A stretch of 64,000 bases of DNA from Octopus bimaculoides (lineage: Eukaryota). Numbering within the stretch: position 1 is the stretch's first letter; the number at the start of each line of letters is the position of its first letter. Position numbers and translations under genes: made by a program. The notes under the pieces are model-generated. The model did no database searches. It had not been told where the DNA came from and saw nothing but the letters and a program-made list of their open reading frames with translations. Shown piece by piece: positions 61,440 through 64,000 of the stretch. Location of the stretch: positions 167,747,529-167,811,528 of the forward strand of contig NC_068983.1 of the NCBI RefSeq assembly GCF_001194135.2, in the 5' to 3' direction.

Positions 61440-62830
61440 CTCAAGGAGTGAGTTATTGTTTTTGGAGCCATATTCTGGTGTAGGAGGTTTACCTGAAAGT
61501 TTTTGTAGGAATTTGTCCCAAGACTTCTTGAACTTTATGGGGTCTATTCCTGCTTTGTGTTTTGGTGTAATGTTAAAAGAGTGGGGCCAATTGAGGTGAA
61601 ATGATTGTGCCATATTGTTGTTATATGATGCGATTATGATTTTTGTTGTGGGCAGATAGGACAGGGCCCAAGTCTTGGATGTATCTTGAAGGTGATGCTA
61701 ACATCATTTGGGTAATGCTGATAGAATATTTTCCACATCATGCAGATGTTGTAGTGCTCACAGTAGCAGTGGAGAGAATAAGGCTTGAGCTTTTCTAGTC
61801 AACTTCAAAAGTCAAGGCCTGTCATGCCATCTATCTCTTTTTGTAATTGACCTTTGAGGTGCTTCAGTTTTCATCATGCTTTGTTTCATGTAAGGAGACC
61901 ACAGTGGACAACAGTATTCAAGGTGGGGTTGGGCAAAAGTAGAGAAGAGAAGGATAATGGTGTGGATATCTCCCGACTGGAAAGTTCTGGAGCACATTCT
62001 GCAGGCCATGTCAACATTGCTGTTTATATGAGTGGCCCAGCTTATGTTGTTGTCCACAATTTCTCCCAAGTCCCTGATGTTGTTGGATGCCATGAGAGTT
62101 TCACCTGAAGGAAGGGAGTGTGGGAGTTTCAAGGTGTCCTCTTTTCTGAAGTGGATTAACTCAAATTTGTCCTCGTTTAGCAGCATATTATTCTTTTCTG
62201 CTCATTGGGTGACTGAAGGCATGCCCGGTCACCCACTTCATTGATGACCTTCTGGATCCTGGAATCATCTGCAAAGATTTTTATGTTGCTGTACTTGATG
62301 GTGTCATTGATATAGATGATGAAAAGGAGTGGGCCCGACACAGTGCCTTGTGGAATACCACTGCAGACTTTGACTGGGTTTGATTTTACTCCTTTGACTC
62401 CACGTGTTGGGTTCTGCCTGTCAGGAAACACTTGATCCATTGTAGTAACTTTCCAGTGGCACCAATGTTGGATAGTGTTTTTCAAAGGCCTTGCTGAAAT
62501 CAAGGTAGATGACATCGGTGTTGGAGCCCTCTCCCAAAGCTCTCAAAATGTCATCAAGGTGATGCAGGAGCTGCGTTAGGCAGTTCCTTCCATTACAGAA
62601 CCCATGTTGGTTGGGGTTCAGCAGTCTGTTGCTTTCAAGAAAGTGGGTTATCCGTGATCTCACCACCCTCTCAAATACCTTGATGACATGAGAGGTGAGT
62701 GAGGTTGGCCGGTAGTTCACTGTTAGGGACTTGTTTCCCTTTTTGAAAACTGGGACAACAAACTGGAACTGAAAGTTCTCAGGAATGTAACCAGTATCCA
62801 GTGAGTTCTTCCTCAGATTAGCAAGAGGAG
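61440..62830 (-). mobile_element. CR1/L2-like LINE RT fragment
   Basis: VVPVFKKG...NYRPTSLTSHVIKVFER, NQHGF, IYLDFSKAF, GIPQGTVSGPLLFIIYIND, FADD, PHLEYCCPLWSP; frameshifted. Confidence 0.88.
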
Positions 62831-62834
62831 ATGC

Positions 62835-63320
62835 ATGCAATTGGGATGTAAAAAGCACCATTCGAATGTTGGGCTTCACAGAGGCAATGTGGCCAATGCC
62901 ATTGGCATGTAAAAAGCACCTGTTGAGTGTTGGGCCTGATGGAGGCAATAAGCCTGATGCTAGTGTCATGTCACCTGACACCTGTGCTGTGGCATGTAAA
63001 AACCACTCTTTACACGTTGAGCCTCATAGTGGCAATGACAAAAGACTGAGACCTTTGGCATTATGCCGTGCTTGAGAAGAAGACCCATGAAGCCAAGTGA
63101 AATTGTAGTCTTGGCAGATACTGGTGTCATGCAAATGGCACCCATGCCAGTGGTACATAAAAGCACCCATTACACTCTCGGAGTGGTTGGCATTAGGAAG
63201 GGCATCCTGTCGTAGAAACCATGCCAAATCAGACTGGAGTCTGGTGCAGCTCCTCAGCTTGCTAACCCTGGTCAAACCATCCAACCCATACCAGCATTAT
63301 TAAAAGATGATGATGATGAT
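62835..63320 (+). mobile_element. RTE-derived 3' UTR/tail element
   Basis: ggttggcattaggaagggcatcc...ggagtctggtgcagc...ccatccaacccata...gatgatgatgat; the same tail also occurs at ~3130-3260, 4550-4735, 7420-7605, 43730-43895 and 63880-64000. Confidence 0.75.
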
Positions 63321-63539
63321 ATATAAACACACGCACATACACGCATATGTCCTAGAATATCTGTTTCAGTGCTACAGCATTTGAGTTCTGATCCTGTCAA
63401 CTTGGATATTGTTTCAATCTCTGTCTAAAAATCCCTACAACACCACAAGTCAAATCAACTGACAGAAATATGGCCTTAGACTGAGACAAAAATTTCTTAT
63501 TAATCGCTTGTGAAATTCATGAAATATATTTTTTTTAAG

Positions 63540-63622
63540 GCTGCACCCATCAGGGCATTACTTACCAAGAAGGAGCCCAGTTCAATTTGAATAGCGACCC
63601 CTGTGAACCTTGCACTTGTGAG
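63540..63622 (+). CDS. Exon 31: VWC23 N-half (SCTHQGITYQEGAQFNLNSDPCEPCTCE); gene continues past the window
   Basis: Acceptor ttttaag|gc, donor GAG|GTAAGT, phase 1-0. Confidence 0.88.
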
Positions 63623-64000
63623 GTAAGTCTCTGATTTCTCAAATAATCAAAAGGAATCCTTAGCTTCTGTAATGTTTTCTTTGGCCAACATTTATAATAT
63701 GGAACCTCCCTTCTTGTCAAATCCTATGTCACTGTCCACTAGATGGCAGCACTGCAATATTTTATTGCATGCATGTTCTATATACCTACCTCTATTTATT
63801 CATCCATTGTTCCACTCACCCATTCATCAAGTCCCCATGTGGGACTACATAAAGACACCCATATGGTGCCACATAAAGGCACCCAGCACATTCTGTATAG
63901 TGGTTGGCATTAGGAAGGTCATAGAAACTATGCCAAATCAGATTGGAGTCTGGTGCAGTTCCCCAGCTGGCCAGCCCTGGTGATGATGATGATGATGATG

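Larger units (their letters stand above)
192..63622 (+). other. Partial multi-exon gene (31 exons in window, ~2,360 aa): pentapeptide-repeat / EGF / Kunitz / pseudo-tyrosinase / kielin-chordin-like VWC-array protein, probably extracellular
   Basis: 31 exons with AG acceptors and GT donors (one probable GC donor). Phases chain consistently and sum to 7,085 nt (2 nt + 2,361 codons) without a stop. Domains split by introns (Kunitz, Cys module, VWCs) reassemble exactly. Start, signal peptide and stop lie outside the window. Confidence 0.85.

Noticed and set aside
1091-64000. Recurrent ccatgctagcatgg...gatgatgat motif as a possible CRISPR-like or regulatory array
   Set aside because: Copies are dispersed, in both orientations, irregularly spaced and attached to RTE ORF2 ends, so they are retroelement tails.

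Overview
This is AT-rich animal genomic DNA. The repeat content (RTE LINEs with (GAT)n tails, tRNA-headed SINEs, dense CA/TA microsatellites) resembles octopus assemblies; that assignment is inference. There are four N-gaps. The whole window lies inside one + strand gene, of which 31 coding exons (192..63622) can be rebuilt by hand. All splice phases chain without a stop: 7,085 nt, about 2,360 aa, open at both window edges. Domain order: G[FY][DN]xx pentapeptide repeats, CNYxFxGPF module, Cys module, EGF, Kunitz, more pentapeptide repeats, tyrosinase/type-3 copper domain, repeats, second CNYxFxGPF module, second Cys module, then a kielin/chordin-like array of 21 complete VWC domains plus one half-domain and one that runs off the window. 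The tyrosinase domain keeps only 2 of the 6 canonical copper-binding histidines, so it looks like a pseudo-enzyme fused to a VWC array. Introns carry RTE, CR1/L2-like, Penelope-like and Tc1 relics and SINEs. These include RTE copies with a PHD-type finger inside ORF2, a tRNA-headed element with a hammerhead ribozyme core, and several fold-back structures. No rRNA, true tRNA, CRISPR or prokaryotic features were found. All calls come from manual reading; no database search was run.
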